A stretch of DNA of 57,094 nucleotides. It comes from Octopus bimaculoides. Taxonomy: Eukaryota. Shown here piece by piece: positions 37,138 through 52,127 of the stretch. Under the pieces are notes generated by a model that saw only the letters and a list, made by a program, of their open reading frames with translations, had not been told where the DNA came from and searched no databases. The DNA lies in assembly GCF_001194135.2 (NCBI RefSeq), contig NC_068990.1:2243996-2301089 (forward strand), written 5' to 3'. The first letter of the stretch is position 1. Each line of letters starts with the position of its first letter. A program made the position numbers and the translations under genes.

Positions 37138-38536
37138 TACTAAACTAAATATATTTCAAATATATCATTAACATTTGATTATATCGGGAATAATACCTGT
37201 TACCAAAAGCATTCAAACCATTATTAAAAACTCTTATTTTTGTATGTTCACATTTTGAAACAGCTGCGTATGGTCTGATGGTAATTTGGCTGATATTTTT
37301 TGTTGATAAAGCAATTACATGACGTCATATAAAGTTAATTTAAACATATGTTTTCCTATGCTGAAGGTGAGGAAACTGTTCTCAAATTTTCATGTTTTGT
37401 TGTTCATGGATAATGGGTGTCTCACATATATAAATTATATGCAATGTATATACACTTGTGATTATACTGGGAAACAGGTGAGATATATCTTTGCCATTCC
37501 AACGAAGGTAACTGTTATATCGTCATCTACAGCAGATGTTTTTTTTTCTTGTTTATATTCAACCCCAAACTTATAATCGAGCAGATTTATGATAAATCAC
37601 ATGGATTCCAGCCATTTAAATTCCATATTTGTTTTCTAGGCATCGTGAACCGTGAAAAACAAGATTACTAAACGCAAAGAGATTTCTTTTAAAAATAAAT
37701 CGTAATTGTAGTCATTCAAAAGTCGCCCAATCTACTCCTTCGTTTAAAAGTTTATTTAAAACAAAATTCCGAAAATTAAAATATATATTACAGTCTCTAA
37801 TTTTAATTATCGACGTCAAGGTTTGCCCTCTAGTTCCAGTAACAAAACTGTTTATACAAATATTTGCAATCTCACATGGATTTCTTAATTAAGTATAATT
37901 GAACCCTCATTAAAAAGGAGCAAACGAATGATGAAGTCAATTCACATTACCATTACTGAAGTAAACTATCGAGTTTCATTAAACTAACTAATGAAGGTGA
38001 ACTAGTTGTGAATTTCATTAAGCTAAGCAGGTGCACGTATCTGAACTTCTTTTATCACGTTAAGTGGGTCTTCACGTTTTTCTCTGCTAAAATCATGGCT
38101 TCTAAAATCACAACTGTAAAACTGTAATTTCAACGGAGAAAAAGGAAAGTTGATGTTTCTTTCTCTCTCCATAGTTATCTAATTTGATTTTTCTCTCTCA
38201 CACTCTTCCTCTCTCCCATTCTTTATTAATCGCTTTCTGTCTCTTCTTTCTCCCCCTATCACTCTCGTATTATTTTAGTTTTAATGTTTTGTATATTTTC
38301 CCAATTCCAATTCAGCACACAGGGCTGCGAAGTCACAATGATTTCATAAATTTAGATGTCTCATGAAATGAAACGATGCTGATGATAATGACAGCGGGAA
38401 AGATATGATAGGTTCAATGAAATTGATGAGTAAAAGAAGGATGGCGTCTATGTATATATATACAAACATACAAACATACATACAGACACACACACGCATA
38501 CACACACATGCATATATATACATAATACATACATAT

Positions 38537-38569
<33 letters not shown>

Positions 38570-39158
38570 NNNNNNNNNNNNNNNNNNNNNNNNNNNNNNN
38601 NNNNNNNNNNNNNNNNNNNNNNNNNNNNNNNNNNNNNNNNNNNNNNNNNNNNNNNNNNNNNNNNNNNNNNNNNNNNNNNNNNNNNNNNNNNNNNNNNNNN
38701 NNNNNNNNNNNNNNNNNNNNNNNNNNNNNNNNNNNNNNNNNNNNNNNNNNNNNNNNNNNNNNNNNNNNNNNNNNNNNNNNNNNNNNNNNNNNNNNNNNNN
38801 NNNNNNNNNNNNNNNNNNNNNNNNNNNNNNNNNNNNNNNNNNNNNNNNNNNNNNNNNNNNNNNNNNNNNNNNNNNNNNNNNNNNNNNNNNNNNNNNNNNN
38901 NNNNNNNNNNNNNNNNNNNNNNNNNNNNNNNNNNNNNNNNNNNNNNNNNNNNNNNNNNNNNNNNNNNNNNNNNNNNNNNNNNNNNNNNNNNNNNNNNNNN
39001 NNNNNNNNNNNNNNNNNNNNNNNNNNNNNNNNNNNNNNNNNNNNNNNNNNNNNNNNNNNNNNNNNNNNNNNNNNNNNNNNNNNNNNNNNNNNNNNNNNNN
39101 NNNNNNNNNNNNNNNNNNNNNNNNNNNNNNNNNNNNNNNNNNNNNNNNNNNNNNNNNN

Positions 39159-39243
<85 letters not shown>

Positions 39244-39244
39244 C

Positions 39245-39330
39245 AAGAGGCTTCTTTCAGTTTCCGTCAACCAAATCCACTCGCAAGTGTTTGGTCGGTC
39301 CGAGGCTATAGTAGAAGACACTTGCCCAAG
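39245..39330 (-). mobile_element. SINE family A head fragment
   Basis: cttctttcagtttccgtcaaccaaatccactc...gaagacacttgcccaag. Confidence 0.88.
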
Positions 39331-39349
39331 ATCCCACAAGTTAGCCAAA

Positions 39350-39809
39350 TTACTAAGATAGTCCTTTTTGTAGCTAATGAGTTGTCTCGAATCTCATTTC
39401 TAGCAATGCTAGTACTACTTTGTACCCTTGTCACTTTAGTGACATTTAAAAATTTACCTTTAGGTTTGAAATTGCTAATAAGTCACCTACATTATTTATG
39501 GTATACACTTCTACCGTTTTGACATGCTTGTGACGAGTTTTCTTCTGAGTTAACGAGGTGAGTTTAGTTTAACCTTAGGCGCAGTAAAATCCACTGACAA
39601 CAATTATGGTGCTACGCATAAGAATTCGAAATGACGTGATATGGGTACACCTGTTACTTCAGTAGAGAGCTTTGTCACACTCTATTAGGGAGCTGTGTCT
39701 CTCTCGTCAACTTACTAAGATAGTGTCTTTTGTAGCTAATGAGGTGCTGTGGCTCTTATTTCTAACAATGCTGGCACTAATTTGTACTCGTGTTACATTA
39801 GTGACGTTT
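39350..39809. repeat. Two 98-bp direct repeats (39350-39447 and 39712-39809), 78/98 identical, no indels
   Basis: manual alignment. Confidence 0.9.
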
Positions 39810-39851
39810 ATGTACATATACTCATATATATGTTTGTGTGTGTGTGTGTAC

Positions 39852-39888
<37 letters not shown>

Positions 39889-39982
39889 TAGATCAGTTGT
39901 AGGGTCCGTTAGAAGAAAATGCAGAAACAGCATTTGGAAATTTTTAATCACACTTGTGTCATTCTTTATATATATGTATATA

Positions 39983-40265
39983 ATGGGGTGGCTAAAAGTA
40001 CCCGGAAACGTACTCCGTGGGACAAACCGGTTATGATGCAGGCCTCCACCGTTAGAAGCCACTTCATGCACCTCTCGAGCATCAGTCTGCCGACCGGCGT
40101 CTCCTGGTGTGGTTGTCCTGCCACATGGTACGTCTTTGTTTTGCAGTAGTTCTCCCATGTTCGTCGATTTTTGCGATACCTGAAACGAAGGAAGACAGTG
40201 CTTCCATGAAATTCTATTTTCTGCTGGGCAAAACGGCCGCAGAAACAGTTGTCATGCTTCAAACA
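39983..40265 (+). mobile_element. Mariner 5' end fragment
   Basis: TA plus TIR-like ggggtggctaaaagtacccggaaa; ASMKFYFLLGKTAAETVVMLQT is the mariner N-terminal helix-turn-helix start. Confidence 0.8.
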
Positions 40266-41034
40266 TCAGTCCTACAACTGATCCATCAGTCTGCTTCATG
40301 GGCGTTTTGAACTGGCTTAGTGTGTCTATACCTATTTGTTAGCGGCGAGAGAATTTTTCCGCAGCAAAATACAATGAGCGGTTTTCTTACGAGTTCGAAT
40401 ATGCCTCAATCGTATTTGAATGGGTAACAGGATTGTGGATTCAGTAATCGTGTGGTTATTTTTGAAAGCTCCTTTGTATGTATACATATAATGTGGGTGT
40501 CACTTTGCGCATACTAACAGAAAATATTCTTGTTAACATCTTTCCGGTATTATTGTTTACAGCAAGGATCAACCGAAGTAGAAAGGAACATTTGATGTTA
40601 CGAAGATAGAGACTGTAATATATAAACGGAAAATGACTGTATCACTATAAATGTCTCTGTAATGTACATTGGAATTTTAGTATAGGACAAATAAAGATAA
40701 TGGTTTGTCTCCCTTACATTCGTATTTAGCACCAAGGTTAAAAGTGAATTGACTCTGAAGTGTCCAATGGTTCAATGTTCAAAGATATAACGTAAATCTG
40801 TTCAAGAGATTTAGCAGAGTATGTTTGCTATAGAGACGTGAAAAGATATAAAGAGGGAAGTTATTAAAATAGACGTATCATGAAATAACTACTGATGGGA
40901 TATATGAATATCTTAGGAAATGTAAAATTATGAATTTATCAGCTTTTTATGATTGTCACATTGCTAGCTAATAAATGCAACGAAAAATTATGTTATAAAC
41001 ATAAGGAAATAACAATGGATTAAAACGAGTAAGA

Positions 41035-41190
41035 TGACGTAGGAAATGTTTTGTGGTATTTAGTTTGCTAGATTTACAGTCTGAATTCAAATCCTACAGA
41101 GATTGTATTTGACTTTCATCCTTCCATTGTGTGCAGGATACGTACCAATAAAACAGCGTGGTCGATTTAATGTTATACTCTCTCGCAAAT
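41035..41190 (+). mobile_element. SINE family B, highly degraded
   Basis: ctgaattcaaatcc...gactttcatccttcc...gtaccaat...ggtcgat. Confidence 0.6.
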
Positions 41191-42089
41191 ATATAGCAAT
41201 ATTTGGCCTAAAGCGTATTTAAGAAATCGTTATTTAGCTACGGATATATTTAAATACACCCAAGAATATATCATCGATTTACGAAGCCATTTGATGGCGT
41301 TGTAAATATAAATTTTACGTTTGTTTGTTTGGCTCATTTTGTAATAGAATTTTCTTTAAAATTCTTCAGAGAATTCAATTAAATAGACTTTGAGCATCGT
41401 AACGTTGGTTTAGACAGTTGAAAATATTTATTCTATTGATTGGCATAGTTGTTAGAGCGTTAAACAGAAGGTCTTGTAATACCTTTTCTCATTGTCTGCA
41501 GTCTGAGCTCAAGTCCCGTTGCGGTCAACACTGCCTGTCAAACTTTCGGAATTGATATAACAGACTAATGTCATTGCAGCTCAATTTTATTCTAGCTGTC
41601 ACATCGTAGACGTTCCATTAAGTGTAGAAATGCTGTCTACTTGTGACTACATGGATACCTAAAATAATTGGCAAGAGCATGGTATATTTTATCAAGATAT
41701 ATTTCTATTTTCATATGATAATTCGTACTTATATTAATGCTTTTATTAGAAAGAAATTGCTTCACTTACGCTTGCTTTTATTATTCTCTCCTCTTACCAT
41801 GTGCAGTGTCTACAACTATTATAAAGATTAATGATATTGTCTTGAATATTTTCGTTAGGACAGATAGATCAGCGGTTTCCCGCTGTTTCTTCCGATTTAT
41901 TTGCAGCTTAATCTGCTAGTTCTCTGCTGTCCCGAATTTACCTTTGAGACATAGAGCCTATTTAAACATTAGGCAGAGTAACAGTTTCACGAAACAACAC
42001 AGCATGCCTTCAAACTGGTCCCGGAGCTGGGCCCGTGTGCCATATATCTAAAGGCCAGCTTTCCTCAAGTCTTGTGTACCTTAACCAAA

Positions 42090-42250
42090 GGACTACCTTC
42101 TGCTATTTGCCTTATAAATGGGTCCTTTGACAGATATTACTATATTGGGCGAGAACGGACCTGAGAGCAGCGATGTCGAATTTGTAACTCCATACTCTGC
42201 AAAACTCCGGGACTCGCGAGCCGGAGTCTCACCTCTGAATGCAGTTTATT
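42090..42250 (+). repeat. Interspersed SINE-like repeat, third family, degraded
   Basis: gggtcctttgacag..actat..ggacctgagagc..ggagtctcacctctgaatgcagttt resembles an abundant octopus repeat as I remember it. Confidence 0.45.
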
Positions 42251-42551
42251 TTCTTACCTACTGTATTGTATTAATATCACGATGCAAATATTACTGTTGT
42301 TATTAACAATTACGCTGTTATTTTTCTTATCTTTACGGTTGGCTTTGATATTCAACTGAGATAAGTTGGTATTTATCAAAGGAAAGTATTTATTAAAGAA
42401 AGGCCAATGCTTCCTCTAAAGCGTTATATTACGTTCGGGGAACTATAATCATAAAAGTTGTTATTTGTTAAGACGAATAAGTTCCAAAAAAGCTCAACGG
42501 TGACCAACGATTGTTACAGAGGGGACGGGCGTTTAAGAAAAAGAGAACATA

Positions 42552-43146
42552 CGAAGAGTGTTCATTATAGGTTTCCTATGACCGACTTCCCATGGACTGA
42601 GATAAACGAAACTTGACATAATTATTAGTCCTTCACTACAGAGCTACCACCAATGGTGACACACTTCTCCCATCACTTTATGTAGCTGTGAAGACCTCAT
42701 CTGTAGACGTCGATGGGTTGCATATTGAGCCAAGAATTTACCACGGAAATAAGTTCATGATCATCCGAAAAGTGCTTGCCATTCCAAAAAAAGATTTCAT
42801 GGTTGGAAAAAGGTGGAAGTCGGATGGGGTGTGGTCGGAAGAGTTAGAGGGATGAGGAAAGATTTCATAGTTGCAGGTGTGTGCTTTCATCTCGGCAGCA
42901 TGCACATTCTGAACTGGCGATGCCACAAACTTCTTTCATCTCGTCAAAAGATTACTGATCTGCATTCAACTGCTTCCGTTATAACACATTAGTATATTTC
43001 AGCTGTCGTAAAAGACAAACGAACACTAATGGAAAGCTACAATTTGTAATGTGACATGTAGAGACACGTGAGATTATACCTGGACAAGTTCTGTTTCCTG
43101 CAGTAACCGGAAGTGGGTCAGGAAAAACTTTAATGAACATCCCTCG
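42552..43146 (-). mobile_element. Mariner deletion derivative with both TIRs and TA flanks
   Basis: TA-cgaagagtgttcattataggtttcctatgaccgacttcc versus the reverse complement of the right end, TA-cgagggatgttcattaaagtttttcctgacccacttcc. Internal HPSNSSDHTPSDFHLFPTMK, GKHF and WEKCV. Confidence 0.9.
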
Positions 43147-43684
43147 TACGAGCAAAAGTGTTTCGTAATATCTAGGGAATAGTTTTTTTTTTCAGTTTCT
43201 ATGGACTATATTTAATAATGCGCTCAGTACACCACTGGATCACAAAAACATTAATCTAATTATATGATTAAAACTCGCGTTGTACACTTTCAAGTTTTAT
43301 AGTGTCTTCATAGGAATCTGTCGGTAATCGAAAGGATATTTTCAATGAGTAAAAAAAGGCTTCAGATTGGCTGAAGGTGTTGAAACATCTCTATATAAGT
43401 ATTTTCATAATCCTTTAGAGGAAAAAACACTCACAATGAAGTAATAATTGTTGTTAAAGAACGACAAGAAGAATAATTAACCATTATCCAGAATACTTCA
43501 TCGACGCAACTCGTATAGATGTTGGTGCAAAGATACTCAACTGACATTAATACACGGTTGGTACGTATTCTGTGAAGGTAGGGATGACGATCGGCTTGAA
43601 TCATATATATTTCGAAACTGTAAATTTAAAAAAAAAAAATTTTGAGGAAGGAATTCCTACGCCAGAAAGTCTGTAGAACGTTCT

Positions 43685-43743
<59 letters not shown>

Positions 43744-43744
43744 T

Positions 43745-43795
<51 letters not shown>
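43685..43795. repeat. (GATA)n microsatellite
   Basis: direct reading. Confidence 0.97.
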
Positions 43796-44245
43796 NNNNN
43801 NNNNNNNNNNNNNNNNNNNNNNNNNNNNNNNNNNNNNNNNNNNNNNNNNNNNNNNNNNNNNNNNNNNNNNNNNNNNNNNNNNNNNNNNNNNNNNNNNNNN
43901 NNNNNNNNNNNNNNNNNNNNNNNNNNNNNNNNATATATATATATATATATATATACATACATACATATATATATGTATACATGCAATATATATGTGAGCG
44001 TGTGGAGACAGAAAGAAAGGGCGAGAGAGAGAATATCCATGATAACGTGACAAAAAGAAATGCGTGTTATATCTCACTGGTGGTAACGTTAATAGACCTA
44101 ATGTCTACTTTAAGGCCATAGTAAACAACAGTTGCAACAAATATGTGTGATATGTATAACCGGATTTATGAGAGAATAAACAAAATAAGAAAAGAAACGA
44201 ATACACAAAATAGTGAAATGGTAAAATATTTAATAACATATATAA

Positions 44246-44434
<189 letters not shown>

Positions 44435-46081
44435 AANNNNNNNNNNNNNNNNNNNNNNNNNNNNNNNNNNNNNNNNNNNNNNNNNNNNNNNNNNNNNNNN
44501 NNNNNNNNNNNNNNNNNNNNNNNNNNNNNNNNNNNNNNNNNNNNNNNNNNNNNNNNNNNNNNNNNNNNNNNNNNNNNNNNNNNNNNNNNNNNNNTAGCGA
44601 ATATATTTAGAAATTTCACTACCAGTGGCCTAGCATGTATAAAAGGTCAGTAGACAACATATTCTCAATAAAAAATAGTGTACATTTAAACACAAGACAA
44701 ACTACATTTAACAGGATGCTTTACACGCTAGAAGAAGCAGTCAAAACGACCAAAACCACATTTAAGAGCAATTTCGATGGGAATGAAAAATAAAAACTTT
44801 TACCTTGTTATTTTTTTACGGTCATGCCTAGATTTCGAAATTTATTTAGCAAATAAAATAATTTACTAGGCGAAATTCTCATCATATATATATATATATA
44901 TATATGAAAGATATATGGAGAACCAATGTAGCGAGTAAAAGAATAAGAGAAGAAGGACATAACACAGTAGCGTTAAAGAAATAGGGAGCTATTGGTAATA
45001 TTACGATACAAAACCCTTCCTTTACAATGACGTAATACGGGGAACATCAATTGTTAGGATGAAACAAGAGTGGATTGAAAGATTAAATCTTAAATTTTTG
45101 CAAGTATTAACTGGAAGTCATAGTTAACTACTGATATAAATAACGATTGCTGCATTATTAATATCAGAATTTGCCCTTAGTGGAAAAATTAATTGCTGTG
45201 AAATTAATTCATATTGTTTTGGAATGATATCCTCTCTCAGTTGTAAAAAGAGCTAATAATTGCTGGTAGGCTTTTGGTATCTTTCATTAAGTAAGAAGGT
45301 GAATTTCAATTCATCGAGAATTTTATTTACTATTTATCTATTTATATGTTTGATTTTAGCATGCCACTCAATTTATTATCACCTACTGCCCTAGAAATAT
45401 ATTTCATGTTTGCATATATCTTTTATATGTGGTGTTTCTATTGTCGTAAAATACATGAAGTATTGGTTTCCTAGTTACATATAACTGCCAAAGAAATCTG
45501 CAGTTCTACAAGTGCTCTTGCATTTATATAAAGCAAAATCATAGGTTTGTTATTGTCGTTGTCGTAATTGTAGTTACGGCTGTTATTGTTCTTGGTTAAC
45601 GCGATATCGGCCTCGATGTCAGAACTATGACCAAATGCATCCTAGCCATGACAACTATTCCTTCATTCCTTCTAGGTATTATGCAGCTTATACTACATTA
45701 ACCGATGTATGCTTTTTTTAAAGAAAGTAATATAAGAGGATAATTTTTGCTTTCTGTTTCTGCCATTTAAGCGACCAGCTGGAAGTACCCTTGTTATATA
45801 TCTACTTAAGACGTTTGCATTCAAGGAAATTGACGCTCGTGACTTTTACCCAAAAAGAACCCTATTAAATAACCCAGTTTACCTTAGTAGACATAAACTG
45901 AGACATGCATGCACACACCCACACATACACACACGGACGAGCTTTCACTCAGTTTTCTTCAAACAAATTCTACTCATAAATCATTGGTGGCTTTGATGTT
46001 ACTGTAGAACATAAATCTTCGCAGAGTATCTCGCAGAACGGTCGTTAACCGATACATTCTGTGAAGCTAACATGATAACCA

Positions 46082-46239
46082 CTGACAACAGGTAAGTTCA
46101 CCGCAACGAACGTTTACCGGGAAAATTTAACTATAGTACGTCACCATTAATAGTTTAAAACTATTTTAGTGAAAAAAAAAACGGTGAATTGATGACGGTG
46201 AAATTTCTCTGCTGCGAATAGATGACGGTGAACTTATGT
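46082..46239. mobile_element. Small MITE-like insertion with (t)tcaccg/cggtga(a) subterminal repeats
   Basis: Inverted taagttcaccg (46093-46103) and cggtgaactta (46226-46236); 12-bp direct repeat acatgataacca at 46070 and 46240. Confidence 0.7.
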
Positions 46240-47091
46240 ACATGATAACCATTGGGCTATACACGTACATAGTATATAGCACTGTGATCATAATTCTGAG
46301 TTTACAAAGTAAATAAAATTATGCGGAAGCCTAAGACAACTCTACATAGAGCATGGGAACAACAATTACTATTAATTAAAGCACAGTTATTCTGATAAAT
46401 CATTTATTTGAATAAATATCCTATCTAATATTATCACAAACTCGGAGATTTGCAGGTGGAGAGTATTGTAGCTGGGAACACTTACAGAAATATCAGTTAT
46501 ATTTATTCTGATAAAAGGTTGAACCCTCAATATACAAAACACGTGTCCAATTGTTCGCGTTCGTTACATATGGTTGACTGGCTGACATCTATGTGGAAAG
46601 AGTACGTGTAATAATTAAGTTATATTACGCCAAGATGTACCTGGACTGGAAGTAATAATTCATAGCTAGGGATATAGCCTTTAATTCTCGTCTTCTGAAC
46701 TGTTTTTTTAATTTTATTACCAACTTGGAAACGACAGAAGACAAACTTGACATTGGTGGTATTAGAACGCATAGCATAGAGACTCAAACGGATACTATAA
46801 GTCAAATTAAGCATGTCAATTTACCATATATTGTCGTATATCACGCTGGTACTTAATATTTTATTCATTTTAACAAGATAAAACCCGATAGTAACAAGTG
46901 AAGATGTTCATTTTTAAGTGAAAAGGATCGTCTATAATCCAGCATTTTACTGTTCTTAACACTACATGCGGATTCCCTCACGGGCTTGCTCACCTTGCTC
47001 AAGCTTAGAATGAATTTCAGTTTGAAAAGCACTGATGCAGTAAAAAGAAAAATGTACAGTTATCTTATATTTCTATTAATATGATATAGAT

Positions 47092-47580
<489 letters not shown>

Positions 47581-49282
47581 ACAAATCTAAGAATTAAAAA
47601 AATATATTCAAGAATGACAAACAAGTTTTAACTTCAGCTTGCTGAGTTATTATCTCGTGCTGTCTGCTGTATATTTTGTGCAAAATTCCTGCCCATTTTG
47701 AAAGTAGTATATTGATCCAAATATTTCACTGTTACATGATTTTTGTTCATCTCAGAACGATGAAAGAAGAACTTCACCTCGGCATTATTTGATCCAGCAA
47801 CGTATTTTTTCCGACGCACTAACGATTATTCCACCCATCTCTATTTTTCAAGTTGATTTTGGTAATAACAATAAACAGGTGATAGAACGATTGGCAGAAT
47901 CAATAGTGTTGGAAATGCATAATTTGTTGCGCTGTTTAGTTACATCAAATCATGTATTAAGTTGTAATCTTGATAGAGCTAACTTTTTCTTTTCATACTT
48001 CAATCCCACATCTTCTACATAATTGATCAACTAAGTACCACTAATGTGCTTGAGTAGTTTACAGCAACCTATTGCAACCCCTTATACAGAATAGCCTTGT
48101 ATGAATGTAAGAAATCAATATTAGTAGCCATATGACATGCTGTGCAGAATTAATATATTCGTTCTTTCGGCGTATAATGATATATATGCTCACTGGCTTG
48201 CTCCCAAGGCAACGTCAACAATCTTTCGCGAAAAAAGGGAAAATAGTAATGAAATATTTCACGACAGAATATATCATGTTATGTGTAAAGCCGTACAAAT
48301 TAGATAGCAGAATTTACACATGTAATTTGTCAGGTTGTGTAAGCCTTACTACGCTAAAAAAGTAATGTGGCATCTGCAGGAATAATTAATCTTCCTGGTT
48401 GGATATATTTCCTTATGTTTAGTTAATACGCGTGATTTGACAGTGGCACATGCTGTTATTTGTTATCATTACTACTGCAGCTGTTGTTGATGTCGTTGTT
48501 GTTGTTGCTGTTGTCATTGATAATGATATTTCCGAAACTGTTGCTGCCATTTTATAGTTAATTCTGACTGAGCTTAATTATCGTTGCTGATACAATTCAG
48601 TTTATAAATGCTATTACGTTGATGTCACCGTTGCCGGTGCTTTGTTTGCTGTTATTATTGTAATTTTTAAACCCTTTACCGGGGTTTGAATGGCAGAACT
48701 TATGACGCTCATTTTCTTTGTCAAGCCCGCCCCACCACCGACAGGATTTGTGGGAAAAATAGAATAGGTTATCTTCAAATTAGAGTCCCAGTCTGAATGC
48801 TTTAATCAGAGGGAACTTCACTAAAGTTACCAAATGGTGGTGTGGTGATACTAAACTAGGCCAAGAATTAAGTCTTCGACTAAAGAATTAAAAGTTAACA
48901 GAGCTGGAATGGCATTTTACCTGATTCTCTTAGTCACAATCGGGCAATCTCTCTCATTGACGACTAAAGATAAACATGACTTCGGTATGATTGGAAACCG
49001 ACGTGCATAAAACCAGACCAAACACCGCAGGCTCTTTGATTTTTATTGTTATTTCTGCTGTTTTGTTACTAAAAATGTCGCCGTTGTTGCTTTTGTTATC
49101 GAGGATGCTCCTGATGGTCTTATTTCTGTTATTGTTGTTATCGTCGCTGTGGTTCTTGCCATTAGTTTGTTCCAAGTCAGTTCTGATCGAACATCTATCT
49201 GTTCGATGATGAAAGACGTCCTACTAGTGACCAACTAAACAGTTTCTTTTATATTAGATACAGTATGTGTAGTGAAACCTGT

Positions 49283-49283
<1 letters not shown>

Positions 49284-49332
<49 letters not shown>
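49284..49332. repeat. (CT)n microsatellite
   Basis: direct reading. Confidence 0.95.
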
Positions 49333-49337
<5 letters not shown>

Positions 49338-52127
49338 ACGGTCTCTTTTAGAGAAGTATTCATTTTTATTTATCATATTCAGATTTTCTTTCCCAGTTAA
49401 AAAAACAAAAAAAAACAAAAGGCCTGGAAGAGAATCTGCTATTTATTGTAATTGATAGACATTTTATTGCATATGAATTCAAAGACACAGTATTCAACTA
49501 GTCTCCAGGTTAATACCCTCAGCCACTGCTATTCAGTTTGTAAACATTGCACTTCCCCACCTGGGACTTTGTGGACTTGAGCAAAGTCCACTCTATTGTA
49601 ACTATTCGGACTAGGTACCTATTTTGAGGCTAACTTTGAACTTTCTTCTGGCGAATCTCCTAAATTCTGGTTAATTCGTTAATACATTTTCACCGGAAAT
49701 ACAGAATGTTGATATCTTTCTGGCTTGTAAGCAGCAAATCACGTCGAGATCAACTTCGAGTATTCATCCAAATGAGTGCATAATCATAACTGCTATAGCG
49801 TATCTGCCTGGCTCTATACATTCTGAGATACTGTGTGGTGGACGTAATTCGTTATCAGGTTCAAAATCACGATCCGATTGTTGGAGCCGTTTTTACCCGA
49901 TTTCATATTGTTGCAATTATTCAAGCCAACGTTCCGGTATGAGTGTTGTTTCACCTCCTTCTCCGGCCAGTCACAGAGACCTCCAAAGAAATAACGGGTT
50001 ATGGGCGCAGTCCTTTAATACTGATTAAATGTTAAGAAGTCCAAAGTTTATTTAATTATTTTTAACAACAGCAGATAGAAAATTAGGAAAAAGCAAAAGA
50101 TAAAAAAAAAGAGTCCCTCGTGTACAAAATATGTTCAATGAAATGCATATAAATATGATATGATAATGGTAATGAAGTAAGAGTCTTCATTGCAGTTATC
50201 ATGTAATGAGGAAAGGAAGTATAATTCATTAATTAATACTTATACAACGAGAAATAATCTTAATTTTCAATAAGTATCATTATATTAAGTAATAGCGATG
50301 CGTCGTACAAATCATATTACATCTCCGAACGATCATCGTGGTCTATGAATGTAACATTATATAACAACCATCGTACGTTTTTCATTGTGTCCTCTATTCC
50401 TTTCTCTTTCTAAAGGAGGACCACTGTCTGAAACGATCAGGGTAGAGTAAGCAATCAGTGAGATAGTATTTCTGGAATTAAGCTCTTGTTAAATTATTTT
50501 CACATCACTTATTACATTAATCATCCCTAGAATTGCAGGAACGTCACAAAGAACATATTTATTGTCTGAAAAATAGCGAAAAAATATTCTTCCTTTCCTT
50601 CTTGATTTATGAAACTTCAACTGACTCCGATTTCTTATTTCATACTTTTGTTTTTCAAACAATGTTCCACACACAGATGCCAAAACATTACAGCATTCTA
50701 TGGAATGCTGGGGCGTAAATGTAAAATAATGCTGAGGGATATAATTAAGCCTTTAGTCTGAAGCAGTTTCCGGTTGCTTTCTCTGGATCACTGGATAACG
50801 TGATATCGTAATTACAATTAAGCAACGAACTAGTTAATTATTCAGTGCTTCCGTTCACGCAAGAAGTGACTGTTAACAAAGCAAGGTTAGTGTGACCCGA
50901 AAGTATTAGTTAGAAATACACTATTATTAAAGAGGTGAGAGATAAGAATGAAAAATAAAGAAAATTTATTTCTTGCAATGATACAATGATGACGACGAAT
51001 TCTGCTTAAGGGAGCAATCGATTAAATGAATACCAATACTTGACTAGTGCTTAAATTTTCAATGAAAGGCGAAGAGAATTATTGTATGATTTCAACTTAG
51101 AGTGTAAAATAGCATAATTAAGTATTACAAATAACATACACCCGACATTATGTTGAGTGTCCCACTTCAACATGTGAGAAATTTAATTATACTAATATAA
51201 CTATACAGAAAGAAATACGTGTCGTAGCTAGAACAAGCTCAGTATGAGTAAAATGCAAGCCATATAACGATGAGGAATAGAACAACTGTCCTCTTATCCC
51301 TTCACAGATGCTTCTTATTAGTATATTTGCACGTTGTTCTGTTGAAGTTTAGCGTTTCCATTTCTCTGTTAAATATGAAAGTAATACGCTATTATGACGC
51401 GTCATTGGGGTATTTACTTGTCGCGTTCTTGTTGATAGCGTGCAATCCCAGATCATTTCTGATGAAGCAACCACTGGTGTCTAGAAAGTTGAGCAAGCGG
51501 TTAGATGCGAACAAAAGTACCAAATGCTCCGTATGAAGTCTTATTTATTTTAGCAGATGAGCGTATTGAACGTACTGGCATTCAGTGATTAATTGAATGC
51601 AATGCATTGCTGGGGCCAGTCGTTATATATTCTCTCTACTAAATAGTCATGTTTCAGGGCCATGTTTTGCTATTGATAGGTAGATGTCCTGGTGAGCTCT
51701 GAAGAGATAGTTCTATACTCGACATTATTCAGCCCATAAATATCCTGTCTTTATATTTCAGGTGGCGTGCATACGATTCTGCTATCCAACTATATATATA
51801 CTTTTAATAGACGGTTACTTTATAAATTGACGAATACTTTGTGTTTACTGATAACTGTTTGTGTGAACAAGGATTAAATGATCGCAGCAGTAGCAACTAG
51901 AATTGGTTAACTCACTGTGACTACATTGTTGCTGATCTAATTCAAATGTTTAGAAGGAAGTCAAATCAAAATATGATCTTCACTTTCCCTCAGTATGGCC
52001 AATTTTTTTTTCTTATTTGAATTTTATTCCAATATTTTAGCCCGAAGAAATACGAGGCTATTACGTTGAGAAATCGCTTGTAGACATTGACGTCGGTATC
52101 AATTTCTTATACTTAGTGCATATACTT

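Noticed and set aside
44715-44770. ctagaaga-agcagtc-aaaac-gacc-aaaa, a possible decayed hammerhead in a Penelope-like tail
   Set aside because: Both core halves are altered and stems I and III do not pair
47634-48022. Overlapping 61-77 aa ORFs on both strands with possible splice sites
   Set aside because: No recognisable domain; length is within chance expectation
49700-49950. SDRDFEP and RDLLLTSQK, faintly like the Chapaev acidic linker
   Set aside because: Only two short motifs in different frames
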